DNA of 64,000 nt. Origin: Raja brachyura. Taxonomy: Eukaryota. Below are positions 11,706-24,449 of the stretch, piece by piece. Both the position numbers and the translations under genes were made by a program. A model generated the notes under the pieces. That model was not told the origin of the DNA, ran no database searches, and saw nothing but the letters and a program-made list of their open reading frames with translations. Position 1 is the stretch's first letter, and each line of letters starts with the position of its first letter. The stretch covers positions 2,418,001-2,482,000 of the forward strand of contig OY740827.1 of NCBI GenBank assembly GCA_963514005.1, in the 5' to 3' direction.

Positions 11706-13425
11706 CGACAGGTCATCTAAATCCTTGACCTGCTTCGGGAGGTCTTCTCCGAATAGCTGTCTGGGTGGTGGTGTTGGGGGTGCTCTGCATAGCCCCGCAA
11801 ATTTGGGGTTTAATGTAGGCTTGATGATGCTTTTCCGAAACGCATTTATCTCATATTGAGTGTTGCATAGCAGTGCCAGAGCATCCTCCTGTTCGGTGTT
11901 CAAGTCCACACCATCCACCGACCTCGCAAAAGCGGTAATCCCAGATGTGAGCAGTTTCAGGATTCTTTGTAACTTCACTTCCTGTGCTGTAATGCCCGGG
12001 CTAATATTGCCCCAAATAGGCATGTTCACAATAGGCACATTGAGCGAGTTACAATTACTCGGTGCCTTGTGTCTGTTCATGGCCTCCGCAAGGACCTGCT
12101 CCTGTAGCTGATGGTTGGTGAGGAAATCAATGGTAGCGGCCAGTTTGGTATTGAGGGGTTGTCCCGATGATTCGGGTAATGCAAACTTGGCTGCCACGTC
12201 CAGGAGTTCCTCCTGAGGGACCTCAGGTGCTACTGGTGCGTGAACCAAGATCTCCTCTTCTTCTGGCTGCCTCATGCTATCCATTGATGATGGGGATATA
12301 TCCATGAGTCCCCTGGAACTGAATGTTTCCCGCCTTTGATTTTGCTGCAGGATCTGTTCCATTATCCTCTCCATCCAATCAATGCGCCCTTCGTCGTGCG
12401 TGAATGGGCGGTCAGAGTCCTCATGCCCAAAGGAACTTCTGAGGCTCCTGTCATCGGCCCGTACCTCGTCGAGGTAATCTCGGTGCCGTGACGAAAAGTC
12501 GCTGCCAGCCGCCTCAGCGAAACTGAACGACTCCCGCGCGGATCTGCTCATACGCCTCCTTTTGGCTGAGCTAGGCCCGGCTGCCTCTAAGGGCATATGC
12601 GGTGTGAAGTCGGCACCCAATGCCGCAGCGTGGTGACCCGACATCCGCGCGGGCTTGCCGACTGTCCTTTTCCTGGACCCAGACGACGTACGGTCCCGTC
12701 CTGCCGCCAAAGGGGGATGCGGTGACCGTGGCGAGACTCCACCTGTGTGACTCCTCCTGGTCCAACTAGGTGGTGAGTCTACACTGGCCCTCCCTGGTCT
12801 GCCAGTGGACTAGGGTCTCGCTAATTCACCAGTCCGCAATCTTGCGGCCTCTGGTGAAACCTCTGCCCGAAAAGGGCTAGGTTGTCGAGCTCTATCCCTG
12901 GCTCTTCCACAAGGGCTCAGGGAGAAGGGCCGTGCAGCAGCACGTGAAACCCGTTTGCTCGCATCAGCCAACGATCCTGTTGGCGATAATGAAATGGAGT
13001 CAGGGTCTACCTGCTCCGGCGCCGTACCGACTTCCTGCTCTGCGGGAACCCCGCTTGTGCTCAGCTGTGTCGGTGGGTTGAGTCCTGTGAACACAGGGCT
13101 CCCCGATTTACGCGCCTTTTTCCCGGCCTGTCTAGCGGGTGCTGTCGTTGAAGAGAGCTCCGGGATTGGCGGCCGGTGACCCCGTACGGACGTCCTGCGG
13201 CCCGTACTCCTCTTATCCATGTCCCTGTTGGAGAGAAAAAATACTCAAAACAGCAGGGACAACCAACTCAAGGTTGTCTGTACTTAGCTGAGTGGCCCTT
13301 ATGAAGGGCTGGTGGTGAGCCGCGCTCCACCTCCAGCCATCGACTGCAAATGCGAGCGATGATATGTCGCGCATGCGTGCTGGCGGGTTCTTCACGAAGT
13401 CACTCACGTGACTCCAAAATGAAAT
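11706..13425 (-). mobile_element. DIRS segment B1: left ITR plus gag (3' part lost)
   Basis: Left terminus at 13360-13425 matches copy D. Gag ORFs 12810-13220 and 11694-12710 are in one frame, separated by a single TAG, and share LCNTQYEIN...LNPKFAGLC...LFGEDLPKQVKDLD with D. Confidence 0.9.
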
Positions 13426-15573
13426 TAACCTTACTCCCGGCACTGGGAATTAATCATCTAGAAATGCTGGGAGCATTTCATGGACTCCGGGCTTACTGTT
13501 CAGACATGCACCATCTGCATGTATGCTTACAAATTGATAATACCACCGTGGTGGCTTATATCAATCATATGGGTGGAATTAAGTCGATATCTTGTGATGA
13601 ATTGGTCAATACAATCTGGCACTGGTGCTTAGAAAAGAACATTTGGATATCAGCCACTTACCTTCCGGGTAAGCTGAATACAGTGGCGGACACCAGGTCA
13701 CGCAAGTTTAACGACAACACCGAATGGATGTTGGACCGCAAAGTGGTTGCCGATATTGTAGATCGGTATGGAACACCAGATATCGACCTTTTTGCATCCA
13801 GACTTAACCACCAAATGTTGCATGGGAACCAGACCCTGGGGCAGTAGCGATGGATGCTTTCTCGCTACACTGGGGGGATTTGTTTTTCTATGAATTTCCC
13901 CCCTTCTGCCTCATCAGTCGGGTCTTGCAGAAAATTCAACAAGACTCCGCATCGGGTATTCTGGTTGTGCCCGACTGGCCTACTCAGCCATGGTTCCCTG
14001 TGATACTGGACATGGTCCCAGAACCATGCATTCCAATACCCAAACGTCCGGGATTACTGGTACATCCTGTGACTGGGGAGAGTCACCCATGCCATGACCG
14101 GATTAACCTATTGATTTGCAGGGTTTGAAAAGGCCACTCCTGGAATTTGGATTTTCGGACCGAACAATGAATATCATCACGGCATCATGCAGGGAGTCCA
14201 CCAGGAGACAATACCTCACTTACGTCAAGAAATGGGAGGTGTTTTGTACCAAGACAAACACCACATATGACACAGCCACCATTACGGAAGTGCTGGAGTT
14301 CCTGGCGAGCCTTCAACTTGATGAAGGTTTAAGCTACAGTGCCATCAACTGTGCCAGGAGTGCCCTATCCTCATATCTCGGACTAGGTTTAGATGAGGGG
14401 AATTTTAAAGTAAAATTAAAATTTTAAATTTATGAGGGGAATTTTAAAGTAAAATCCCCCCAGGCCTAGATATTCCCAGACCTGGGATATTGGCATTGTG
14501 CTAACCATGCTCCGAGGGTGGGCACCAGTAACGTCTCTTTCCCTAGCCAAATTGACATACAAAATGGTCATGCTGATGGCACTTGGGATGGCGCAACGGG
14601 TCCTGTCCCTACACAAGCTAAGTATGGACGCCATGGTTATAATCAACAATAAGGTAACTTTCTTCATTCAGGGGTTACTGAAACAAGACAGGCCTGGATC
14701 ATCTGGCCACAAGGATTTCCTGGCCTACCCCGTAGACAGCCGCCTATGCATAGTGACCCACCTTTTACACTACATGGAGGTCACCAAGTGTCTCAGGGGC
14801 ACGGAAAGGGCTCTGCTTATAAGTCACAAACGGCCTCATCACGGAGTCACCGTGCAATCTATTTCAAGATGGCTAAGGGTGGTATTGGGTGCAGCGGGGG
14901 TGGACACTGATCTTTTAAAATCTCACTCCACCAGGGCTACATCTACATCATCGGCAATGATGATGGAAGTTCCTTTGGATCACATCCTTGCAACGGCGGG
15001 TTGGGCTAATGAAAAAACCTTTCAGCGGTTCTTTAATAAACCCGTGGCCGCACCTGAGACGTTTACAGACACAATTTTAAGTTCTGTATTACAATTTCCC
15101 CCAAGTAGGGGTATTATTATTGTTATTTGTTAAATAAATACCCTCTTGTTTTTCAGCACAGTTTCATGTCTGAAATACGTTAACATACTTCCTCCATTTG
15201 TCATTGTGGCAGTGTGTGAGCATGGACTCGTTCCAGGGCATGAAATCACAGAGCTTTGAAATCTTCACGTAGTCACTCACTTGTCTCCGAAGTAAAATAG
15301 TAAGATTAAATGAGAACTTACCAGTTTGAAGTTTGATCTTTATTTTATGAGGAGTTACGATGAGGGATTACGTGCCCTCCGCTCCCAAACCCTCTATTAT
15401 AAAGGTCAACTGGTATATGGTTTCTCTTAATCTTACTATGTTAGTCACCTCTGGTATCTGTGATATCACACCACTGCTTTGAAGAATGTCGCGGGGTCTT
15501 CATGTAATCCGTAACTCCTCATAAAATAAAGATCAAACTTCAAACTGGTAAGTTCTCACTGAATCTTACTATT
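13423..15573 (+). mobile_element. DIRS segment B2: RNaseH, MT-like, YR, ICR and right ITR (5' part lost)
   Basis: INHLEML/DNTTVV, DLFAS...FPPF, and YR with HSTR/AGW motifs (14116-15133, broken by a short duplication near 14390-14450). ICR at about 15262-15374; right end at 15573. Confidence 0.92.
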
Positions 15574-16419
15574 AATATGATAACAAGGGGGGTAGTTAGC
15601 ATGTGTGCGGGGTGGTAGTTAGTGTGTGTGATGCGACATGCTCCCCCCCCCCCCCCCCAACAACCGCACAATGGGGGAACAGTGTCTAGTATACTTTTAA
15701 AACTCTGTGTGTGTTCTGTGTGTCTGCCGGCCGTGTGTGTGGGTGTATGTCACCTTCCATTTTTTTTCAGATAAGAACTTTGCCCTTTGATTCCATGGTC
15801 GGCCAAAACCAGAAGCTCAAACGCCGTGATTTTTTCCATTTTGCTAGACAGTACGCTTTTACATTCACAGATTTACTCCTCATTACATTTGGACATTTTT
15901 ATGTACACAATTTTTAATAAAATCCTTCACCCCCCCCCCCCCAATATTTAAAAATGTTAAAAAAATCAAACTGCTCTCACCCATAGAATGTTGGTGAACG
16001 TTCCATCGTGCGATGTCACAATGCCCAATGCTCACAGACGTCCAATCCGAGTGGATCTCATTTACATCTGCCTTTGCACCAGCCCCAGCCCCCCCCCACG
16101 CAGCCAGTGTCGAAGCGCATGATCACGTGTGTGGGAATAGAGAAAGAGGATTGGTGGTGACAGGGGGTGGGGAATAGATGGACTGCCTCTCCCCCTCCCC
16201 CTCCTTCTCTACGTCCCCACTCTTTCCCCTCTCGCCCCCCACCCCTCTCCCCTTCCCTCCACACTCTTCACCCTCCCTCCCCTACCCCATCTCCCTCATA
16301 AACTCCCTCCCCATCCCTCCCCCCTCCTCCACACCTCTCTCCCCCTTCCCCATCCCTCTCTCCTCCCCCACCCCTCACTCCTCCCCCCTCTCCATCTCCC
16401 TCTCCTCACTCCTCCCCCT

Positions 16420-16650
16420 CTCCGCCAGAGACCCGGGTTCGATCCCGACTATGGGTGCTGTCTGTACGGAGTTTGTTCGTGCTCCCCGTCACCTGCGTGG
16501 GTTTTCTCCGAGATGTTCGGTTTCCTCCACACTCCAAAGACGTACAGGTTTGCAGGTTAAGTGGCTTGGTATAAATGTAAATGTTCCCTACTGTGTGTAG
16601 ATAGTGCAGGGATCGCTGGTTGGCGCAGTCTCGGTGGGACGAAGGGCCTG
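16420..16650 (+). mobile_element. HE1-type tRNA-derived SINE (5'-truncated)
   Basis: B-box GGTTCGATCC, body GGGTGCTGTCTGTACGGAGTTTG and CR1-type tail GAAGGGCCTG. Confidence 0.8.
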
Positions 16651-16689
16651 TATCAACTAAACGAAATTAATAACATTTAACATGTTATT

Positions 16690-17250
16690 TTTGTTGATGG
16701 TCCAATTCTACACGTCCATCATAGAGTCTGTCCTCACCTTCTCCATCATGGTCTGGTTTGGCTCAGCCACCAAGCACGACATCTGGAGGCTGCAGCGAAT
16801 CGTCCGATCAGCAGTGAAGGTTATTGGCTGCAACCTTCCGTCCATTGATGAACTGTCCACTGCAAGGGCCAGGAAGTGAGCGGGCAAGATCATCTCTGGC
16901 CCCTCTCACCCTGGCCACAAACTCTTTGAATCACTTCCCTCTGGAAGGCGACTCCAGACTGTCAAAGCTGCCACAGCCGGACATAAAAACAGTTTTTATC
17001 CACGAGTAGTTGCTCTACTCAACAGCCACAAATCTGTAGCCTCCCTTTGATCTGGCATTTTGTTGGTTCACATGCTTGATCAATGGTGTTTTATCATTAA
17101 TGTTTTATTATTATTAATGTTTAGTGTTTTGTGAGTCATTCGTAACTGTCACTGTATGTCATGTTGTTACTTGCGGGCGGAGCACCAAGGCAAATTCCTT
17201 GTATGTGAATACTTGGCCAATAAACTTACTTATTTACTTACCTACTTTCA
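16690..17250 (+). mobile_element. Rex1/Babar LINE 3' fragment
   Basis: FYTSIIESVLTFSIMVWFG...LQRIVRSA...HPGHKLF is the Rex1 ORF2 C-terminus, followed by a short tandem-repeat tail. Confidence 0.85.
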
Positions 17251-17284
17251 TGTATAAATTTGAGCAATTTGTCTATTATTTGTC

Positions 17285-17770
17285 AGTTCAGTTGAGAGAT
17301 ACAAAACGGAAATGGGCCCTTCGGCCAACCAAGTCCGTGCCGACCATCGGACCCCACACATTAAAATGATCCCACACACACTGGGGCCAATTTTACATTT
17401 ATACCAAGACAATTAACCTACAAACCTGTTGGTCTTTGCGGTGTGGGAGGAAACCGAAGCACCTGGAGAAAACCCACACAGTCATAGGGAGAACGTTCAA
17501 ACTCCGTACAGTCAGCACCCTTAGCCAGGATAGAACCAGGATCTCTCGCACTCTACGGCAGTAGTTCTATGGCTAAGCTACCACGCCGTTGCGTTAATGC
17601 AGAGAATGTTTGCTGGTCGGCATGGACTCGCTGGGCCGAAGGGCCTGTTTCTGCGCTGTATCTCTAATCTAAACATAGAACATGAGCGTGTGAACGGGTG
17701 ATCGATGGTGGGCACGGAGGCGGTGGGCCGAAGTGCCTGTTTCCGCGCTATATCTCCAGACTTAATTAAA
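17285..17770 (-). mobile_element. HE1-type SINE (minus strand) followed by + strand SINE/CR1 tail repeats
   Basis: Reverse-complement SINE body at about 17285-17585; repeated GGGCCGAAG(G/T)GCCTGTTTC tails at 17610-17760. Confidence 0.7.
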
Positions 17771-17889
17771 ACCAACATGTGTGCAGAGCATTTTTTACAC
17801 AGAGAGTATTGGTACCCAGGGGTGGTGGTGGAGGCAGCGATGATAGTGGTGTTTTGGTGGCTTTCAGATAGGCACATGGATATGCAGGG

Positions 17890-18485
17890 AATAGACAATA
17901 GACAATAGGTGCAGGAGGAGGCCATTTGGCCCTTCGAGCCACCACTGCCATTCAATGTGATCGTGGCTGATCACCCCCAATCAGTACCCCGGTCCTGCCT
18001 TCTCCCCATATCCCCTGACTCCGCTATCTTTAAGAGCCCTATCCAGCTCTCTCTTGAAAGCATCCAGAGAACCGGCCTCCACCGCCCTCTGAGGCAGAGA
18101 ATTCCACAGACTCACAATTCTCTGTGGGAAAAAGTGTTTCCTCGTCTCCGTTCTAAATGGTTTACTCCTTATTCTTAAACTGTGACCCCTGGTTCTGGAC
18201 TCCCCCAACATTGGGAACATGTTTCCTGACTCTAGCGTGTCCAATCCCTTAACAATCTTGTATGTTTCAATGAGATCCCCTCTCATCCTTCTGAACTCCA
18301 GAGCGTACAAGCCCAGCCGTTCCATTCTCTCAGCATATGACAGCCCTGCCATCCCGGGAATTAACCTTGTAAACCTACGCTGCATTCCCTCAATTGCAAG
18401 AATGTCCTTCCTCAATGTTGGGGGAGCAAAACTGCACACAATACTCCAGGTGTGGTCTCACTAGGGCTCTGTACAACTGCAGAAG
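17890..18485 (-). mobile_element. CR1 LINE 3' fragment
   Basis: LRKDILAIEGMQRRFTRLIPG...LEFRRMRGDLIETYKI...FFPQRIVSLWNSLP. Confidence 0.92.
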
Positions 18486-18989
18486 GCAGAATGCAGAGTT
18501 CCAGATTATGTGCAGTCAAAGGAGATTAGTTTGTCATCATGTTCGGCACAGACATTGTGGGCCGAAGGGCCTGTTCCTGTGCTGTGCTGATCTCTGTTCT
18601 AGATTCCGACCCTCTGTTAAATCATTTAAAAAACTTTTAACTTGGAATTTGTTGGGCAAACGTGCAAATCCAGGCATTCTTGAATCAGTGCAGACCTGTC
18701 TAAACAAGCAACCTAACTATGGCACTGTTGGAACAGGAGACTGTCACACCTATACCTCCAGTTCGAAAGGGAGAACTGGAGGGGAGAGGGTTACAGAGGC
18801 AGGTAGGGGTGTAGAGGCCAGAGGGGTTACAGAGACAGGGAAGGGTGTAGGGGTCGGTGGGGAGGGGGTAACAGAGACCAGGAATAGGGTCAGAGCCAGA
18901 GTAGGTTTCCAGAGATAGTGAGGGACTCTTCCCACATTACAGCACTCCCTCCACTAAGACAAAGTCATGCCCCATCAGGAATGAAAGGG

Positions 18990-19154
18990 GTTAACGGTTT
19001 GCTGGTAAAGGAATACTTCCTGATTTTACTTCCGTTTCTTGATGTAAATTTTCCCCTCTACACATTCGTGTTCTCCACACAGTGACGGCCGCTGAGGACA
19101 AGAGTTTGTCAGTCGATACTCCAGAGACGAGCAGCGGACAGAACCCAGGTACGT
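18990..19154 (+). promoter_or_regulatory. Candidate promoter (ETS-type ACTTCC sites) and non-coding first exon, copy 1
   Basis: AAGGAATACTTCCTG and ACTTCCGT motifs; splice donor CAG|GTACGT at 19148/19149. Confidence 0.5.
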
Positions 19155-19646
19155 AAATCCATGTCTGCCGCGTGTTCCCACAAACAACGACCTGTTTAGT
19201 TGAGTTGTAATTGTGTACAGAGTCTGATCACTGAAATACTTTGTGTATTAGGGTAACTGCAGATGCTGGCTTGCACCGAAGATAGACACAAAGTGCGGGG
19301 TAACTCAGCGGGACAGGCAGCATCTCTGGAGAGTTTGGTTTAGTTTTCTTGCTACTGAGGGAGTGCAGCATAGCTTCACCAGGTTAATTCCGGGGATGGT
19401 GGGACTGCCACATTATGAAATAATGTAAATTTTTTTTTTAAACGTTGCGGTTAGTTGGGCAAATGTGCAAATCCAGACATTCTTGAATTAGTGCAATCTT
19501 GTCTAAACAAGAAACCTAACCATGCATTGTGGAACAGGAGACAGTCACAAATACCTCCGACTTGTCAGAGAGGGGTGTAGGGGCGGGAGGGGTAGGGATT
19601 TCAGAGACAGGGAGAGAGGTGTAGAAGCCAGAGGAGAGAGAGTTGA

Positions 19647-19925
19647 TGCCCCTGTCCCACTTAGGAAACCTGAACGCAAACCTCTGGAGACTTTGCGCCC
19701 CACCCAAGGTTTCCTTGAGGTTCCCGGAGGTTTTTGTCAGTCTCCCTAATGGTCAAAAGTGGTTTCCGTTTTAAAAATCGGTAATTTTTTAGTCAAAGTC
19801 AGTTGCGATGCTAGTTGAAGGCGATTGCCAGAGGCCAAAAACCTCCGGGAACTGCACGGAAACCTTGGGTGGGGCACAAAGACTCCAGAGGTTTCCGTTC
19901 AGGTTTCCTAAGTGGGACAGGGGCA
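19647..19925. mobile_element. PIF/Harbinger MITE
   Basis: Long TIRs TGCCCCTGTCCCACTTAGGAAACCTGAACG / CGTTCAGGTTTCCTAAGTGGGACAGGGGCA; flanks TGA and TTA. Confidence 0.85.
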
Positions 19926-20434
19926 TTACAGAGACAGGGAGGGAGGTGTAGATCCAGAGGGGAGAGAGTTGCAGAGACTGGGAGAGGGGTGTAGGGGCTG
20001 GGGAGGAGAGAGTTGCAGAGACTGGGAGAGGGGTGTAGGGGCTGGAGGGGAGGGAGTTACAGAGACTAGGAGTGGGTGTGGATCCAGAGGCGAGGGAGTT
20101 ACAGAGACTAGGAGAGAGGGTGTAGGGGCTGGAGTGGAGAGGATTACAGAGTCAGGTAAGAATGTCCGGGCGGGAGTGGAGGGAATGGGGTTACAAAGAC
20201 AGGGAGGGGCTTGGAGGCCAGTGGGTATGACAGAGACCAAGAATAGTTTCAGAGCCAAAATAGGTTTGCAGAGATAGTGAGGGGACTCTTCCCACAGTAC
20301 AGCACTCCCGCCACTAAATCAAAGTCATGCCCCATCTGGGACGAAAGGGGTTAACCATTTGTTGATAAAGGTATACTTGCTTATTTTATGTGTAAGAAAG
20401 AACCGCAGACGCTGGTTTAAATCGAAGGTAGACA

Positions 20435-21030
20435 CAAAATGTCAGCATTCATAGCAAAAGGATTTGAGTATAAGAGCAGGGAGGTTCTACTGCAGTCGTA
20501 CAGGGTCTTGGTGAGACCACACCTGGAGTATTGTGTACAGTTTTGGTCTCCTAATCTGAGGAAAGACATTCTTGCAATCAAGGGAGTACAGAGAAGGTTC
20601 ACCAGACTGACTAAAGAAAGGTTGAAATTTAGATTGAGGGGGAATCTTATAGAAACGTACAAAATTCTTAAGGGGTTGGACAGGCTAGATGCAGAAAGAT
20701 TGTTCCCGATGTTGGGGAAGTCCAGGACAAGGGATCATAGTTTAAGGATAGGTGGGAAATCTTTTAGGACTGAGATGAGAAAATCATTTTTCACACAGAG
20801 AGTGGTGAATCTGTGGAATTCTCTGCCACAGAAGGTAGTTGAGGCCTGTTCATTGGCTATATTTAAGAGGGAGTTAGATGTGGCCCTGTGGCTAAAGGGA
20901 TCAGGGGGTATGGAGAGAAGGCAGGTACAGGATACTGAGTTGGATGATCAGCCATGATCATATTGAATAGCGGTGCGGGCTCGAAGGGCCGAATGGCCTA
21001 CTCCTGCACCTATTTTCGTTGTTTCTATGT
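20435..21030 (+). mobile_element. CR1 LINE 3' fragment
   Basis: LVRPHLEYCVQFWSP...FFTQRVVNLWNSLP. Confidence 0.92.
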
Positions 21031-21212
21031 TCAGTGGGTGAGGCAGCAACTCTGGAGAGAAGGAATGGGCGGCGTTTCGGGTTGAGACCCGTCTTAAGAC
21101 TGAGCTTGTTTATTTCTGGTTCGTGTTCTCCACACAGTGACGGCCACTGAGGACGAGGGCACTGGCCCCTGAAAGTTTGTCAGTCCTTACTCCAGAGACG
21201 AGCAGTGGACAG

Positions 21213-21234
21213 CAAAGATCCTATAGGATATTTG
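21213..21234. mobile_element. 22-bp collapsed TIR footprint with 8-bp TSD
   Basis: GTGGACAG-CAAAGATCCTATAGGATATTTG-GTGGACAG. Matches the TIR of the element at 50162-50530 and is absent from the other two module copies. Confidence 0.8.
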
Positions 21235-21894
21235 GTGGACAGCGCCCAGGTATGTAATTTCATGTCTGTAGCTCGTTCCCACGAACAATGACCTGTTTAG
21301 TTGAGTTGTGATATTGTACAGAGTCTGATCACGGAAATACTTTGTGTATTAAGGCAACCGCAGATGCTGGTTTACACTGAAGATAGACACAAAGTGCGGG
21401 GTAACTCAGCGGGACAGGCAGCATCTCTGGAGAGTTAGTTTCCTTGCTATTCAGGGAGTGCAACGTAGGCTCACCAGGTTTATTCCCGGAAGACCAAAGT
21501 GCCTATTTAAATCGCTCCATAGATGCTGCTGCACCCGCTGAGTTTCTCCAGCACTTTCGTCTACCTTCGATTTTCCAGCATCTGCAGTTCCTTCTTAAAC
21601 GGGTTAATTCCCGGGATGGTGGGACTGACATGTGATTAAAGATTGTTAATTCATTAAAAAAAAAACTCTCCGGTGCTAGTTGGGCAAACGTGCAAATCCA
21701 GACATTCTTGAGTAAGTGAGACTTGTGTAAACAAGCACTGTGGAACAGGAGACAGTCACGCCCTTTCGAGTAAATACCTTCAATTCGACAGGAAGGTGTG
21801 TAAGGGCCTGTGTGGGCGGCGTTTAGGAGCAGCTGTAACATTATCTTCTACACTCGGCTTTATTTCTCTATTAGAATACCTCTTGCACACATTA

Positions 21895-23950
21895 GGAATG
21901 TCACAACATTTTAAGATGAAAAAAATCAAACCTGTAATTTATCCCATCAGATAAAGAATAAAAATAACTTTAATTTGATACCTTTTTCACTTTCATATCT
22001 TCACTATTAAAAAGTTATGGTCATTTTCACACTCGGAAATTAGCATCTTGTTCCCTATTGCTTTTCCATCGACTTAACATCAAAGCTGTGATCGAGGACA
22101 GTCAATTGACATAAAAGCCCATAACTTTCTTAAAAATTGAGAGAACTGAAGAAAATGTTCAGTTATTATAGATTGAAGCATTCTGAAACAAATATGAAAC
22201 ATCTTACTTGGATGAGCTGAAATTAAAGCATATATTTAGTTAATTACCTAATTGTAACTAACTAAAGGACAGAAGTTTAGGGGTAACATGAGGGGGAACT
22301 TCTTTACTCAGAGAGTGGTGGCTGTGTGGAATAATCTTCCAGCAGAAGTGGTGGAGGCAGGATCGATTGTAACATTTAAAAGTAAAGTGGATAGGTATAT
22401 GGACAGGAAGGGAATGGAGGGGTATGGTCTGAGTGCAGGTAGATGGGACTAGGGGAAAATAAATGGTCGGCACGGACTGGAAGGGCCGAGAAGGCCTGTT
22501 TCCATGCTGTAATTGTTATATGGTTATATGTAGCTAATTACCAAATTGATTGTTGTGACGGAAATAGTAATAAACACACAGACGGCCTTGAAAATTCAAA
22601 AATTTAATATTCTCAATATCAGAACTTTAATATTATTGTATTATATGGTGCAAGTCCATAACAGATAGGTAAAGAAATTACAATTTCTAGCAATAGGAGT
22701 CTTTATGGAGAAGATCAGTTGCTAGATGGTACATTGGCATGTCATAATCGGTAGCATCATCATACTCCTCAGATTGTAACCAATAAGCAACTCTGTACAC
22801 CTCGTTTTTCCTCAACTTTTCAATGTTGCCATTGTAAACTACAAGTTTTTGCTCTTCAAACCACACATGACATGCCTTTCTGCCCACTACTTTCCCCATT
22901 AAGAATGTCCTGTGGATCATCACATTTGTAGTAGTCCAAATTCAGATAATCTCTGCGAATGAAATTTTGCATTTCTTCTTCGGAGACATCTGTTTAAAAT
23001 GTAAAGGAAAAAAAAACGCTGAACAGCATTAACAGAAGCAAGTTATTATTTGCAGTTTTAGGGGAAAAAAGTAGAAATGATAAAGTTAAACATTAAAACA
23101 AATAGTAAATACCTCACACAAAAAATCAAATTCATCAGTTTCATGAAATGAATCTAAATTAATTTAATCAATCTAATCAATTACTAGAAATCTAAATCTA
23201 AATCCAATTACTAGATCTAAACATCTATCCATTTCTTAAGAATAGGCTAACATTTTTAAGTAGCCGAAGTATCCAAATAACAAATAATAAACTGAGCCCA
23301 ATCACACAAGAATTCACAATATAACATGATTTTTAAATCTCACTTTGTCATGAATTTATATGTCAAATGGAAGGAATTTAATGCTTAATTCACATAAATT
23401 AATCCAGATACATCCACTCTCGAGATAATCAAAATCATTATTTTCTGCGCAATACATCTGACTAAAACTGTACTGTGGATATTTAGTATGAAAATATTGA
23501 TGATGGATTGACAGTAACACAAACACATTATTTAGATGTTCTTATGACATGATTTTGCAAAAGATTAATGAATTTGATTATCTTGAGAGTGGATGTTTCT
23601 GGAATGTGATCGATTGGAATGTGGCCGCTGCCATGATTTAAGCCCCTATTGGCAGGCAAGTCAAGGCCGATTCGTATCAGGGCCTAATAACATTTTTTGC
23701 ATCATAAGATTAAAATGAAGTCACACCAAAAAGCAAGATAATATGTTAAATATATGCCATACCTGCACTTGCGATCAGTGATGTTGAAGGCATTGTAGGC
23801 ATTTTTAGTCACGTTTAAATTCAATCCAGCGACGCAATCGACCAACTTTTTTTAAAAACGGGGGTGGGATCGTAGAATGGATTTTCTACATCAGCTAGCG
23901 GTCCGAGCAACTTCCTTTCCGACAACCAATACTAACCTGCACTTTAATCC
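21895..23950 (-). mobile_element. Unclassified non-autonomous DNA transposon with coding-exon remnants
   Basis: Terminus GGAATGTCACAAC and subterminal block are homologous (inverted) to 27034-28051 and 28720-29736. Contains a CR1 fragment (22264-22527) and ORF 22687-22923. The right boundary is uncertain. Confidence 0.65.
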
Positions 23951-24449
23951 CCCCCCCCCCACCCCCCTGAAAGCCTCCAGAATCACACACACAGGCAGCA
24001 GGCAGCAGGCAGCAGGTAGATCAGGAGCGCCACTGATGGTAGGTTTTTGTAACAACGCTACACATGTGCATGGAATTATTTGCCTCAATAGCACACAATA
24101 CCATGTGTTCCCTGCACACTTGATAGTAAAATAAGCAGTAAGAGGAGGGGGTGACAGGCAGGGATGGTTGGTGGTGAGGGGGTTGCAGAGACAGGGTGAG
24201 GAGTGTAGGGAAGGGAGGGTGTTACAAGGAGGGATTACAATTTCTGCTGCCAGCTGGAACATTGGGACAAGGAGGGATGTAGGGGGCCAGAGGGAGGGGG
24301 GGGGGGTCATGGAGTCAGGGAGAGGGGTGCAGGGACCAGAGGCGAGGGGGTTACTGGGCAGGTAAGGGTCTAGGGGCCGGAAGTGAGGGGAGGGGGTTAC
24401 AAACACGGGGAGGGGCGTAGGGACTGGTCGGGGTTACAGACACCAGGAA

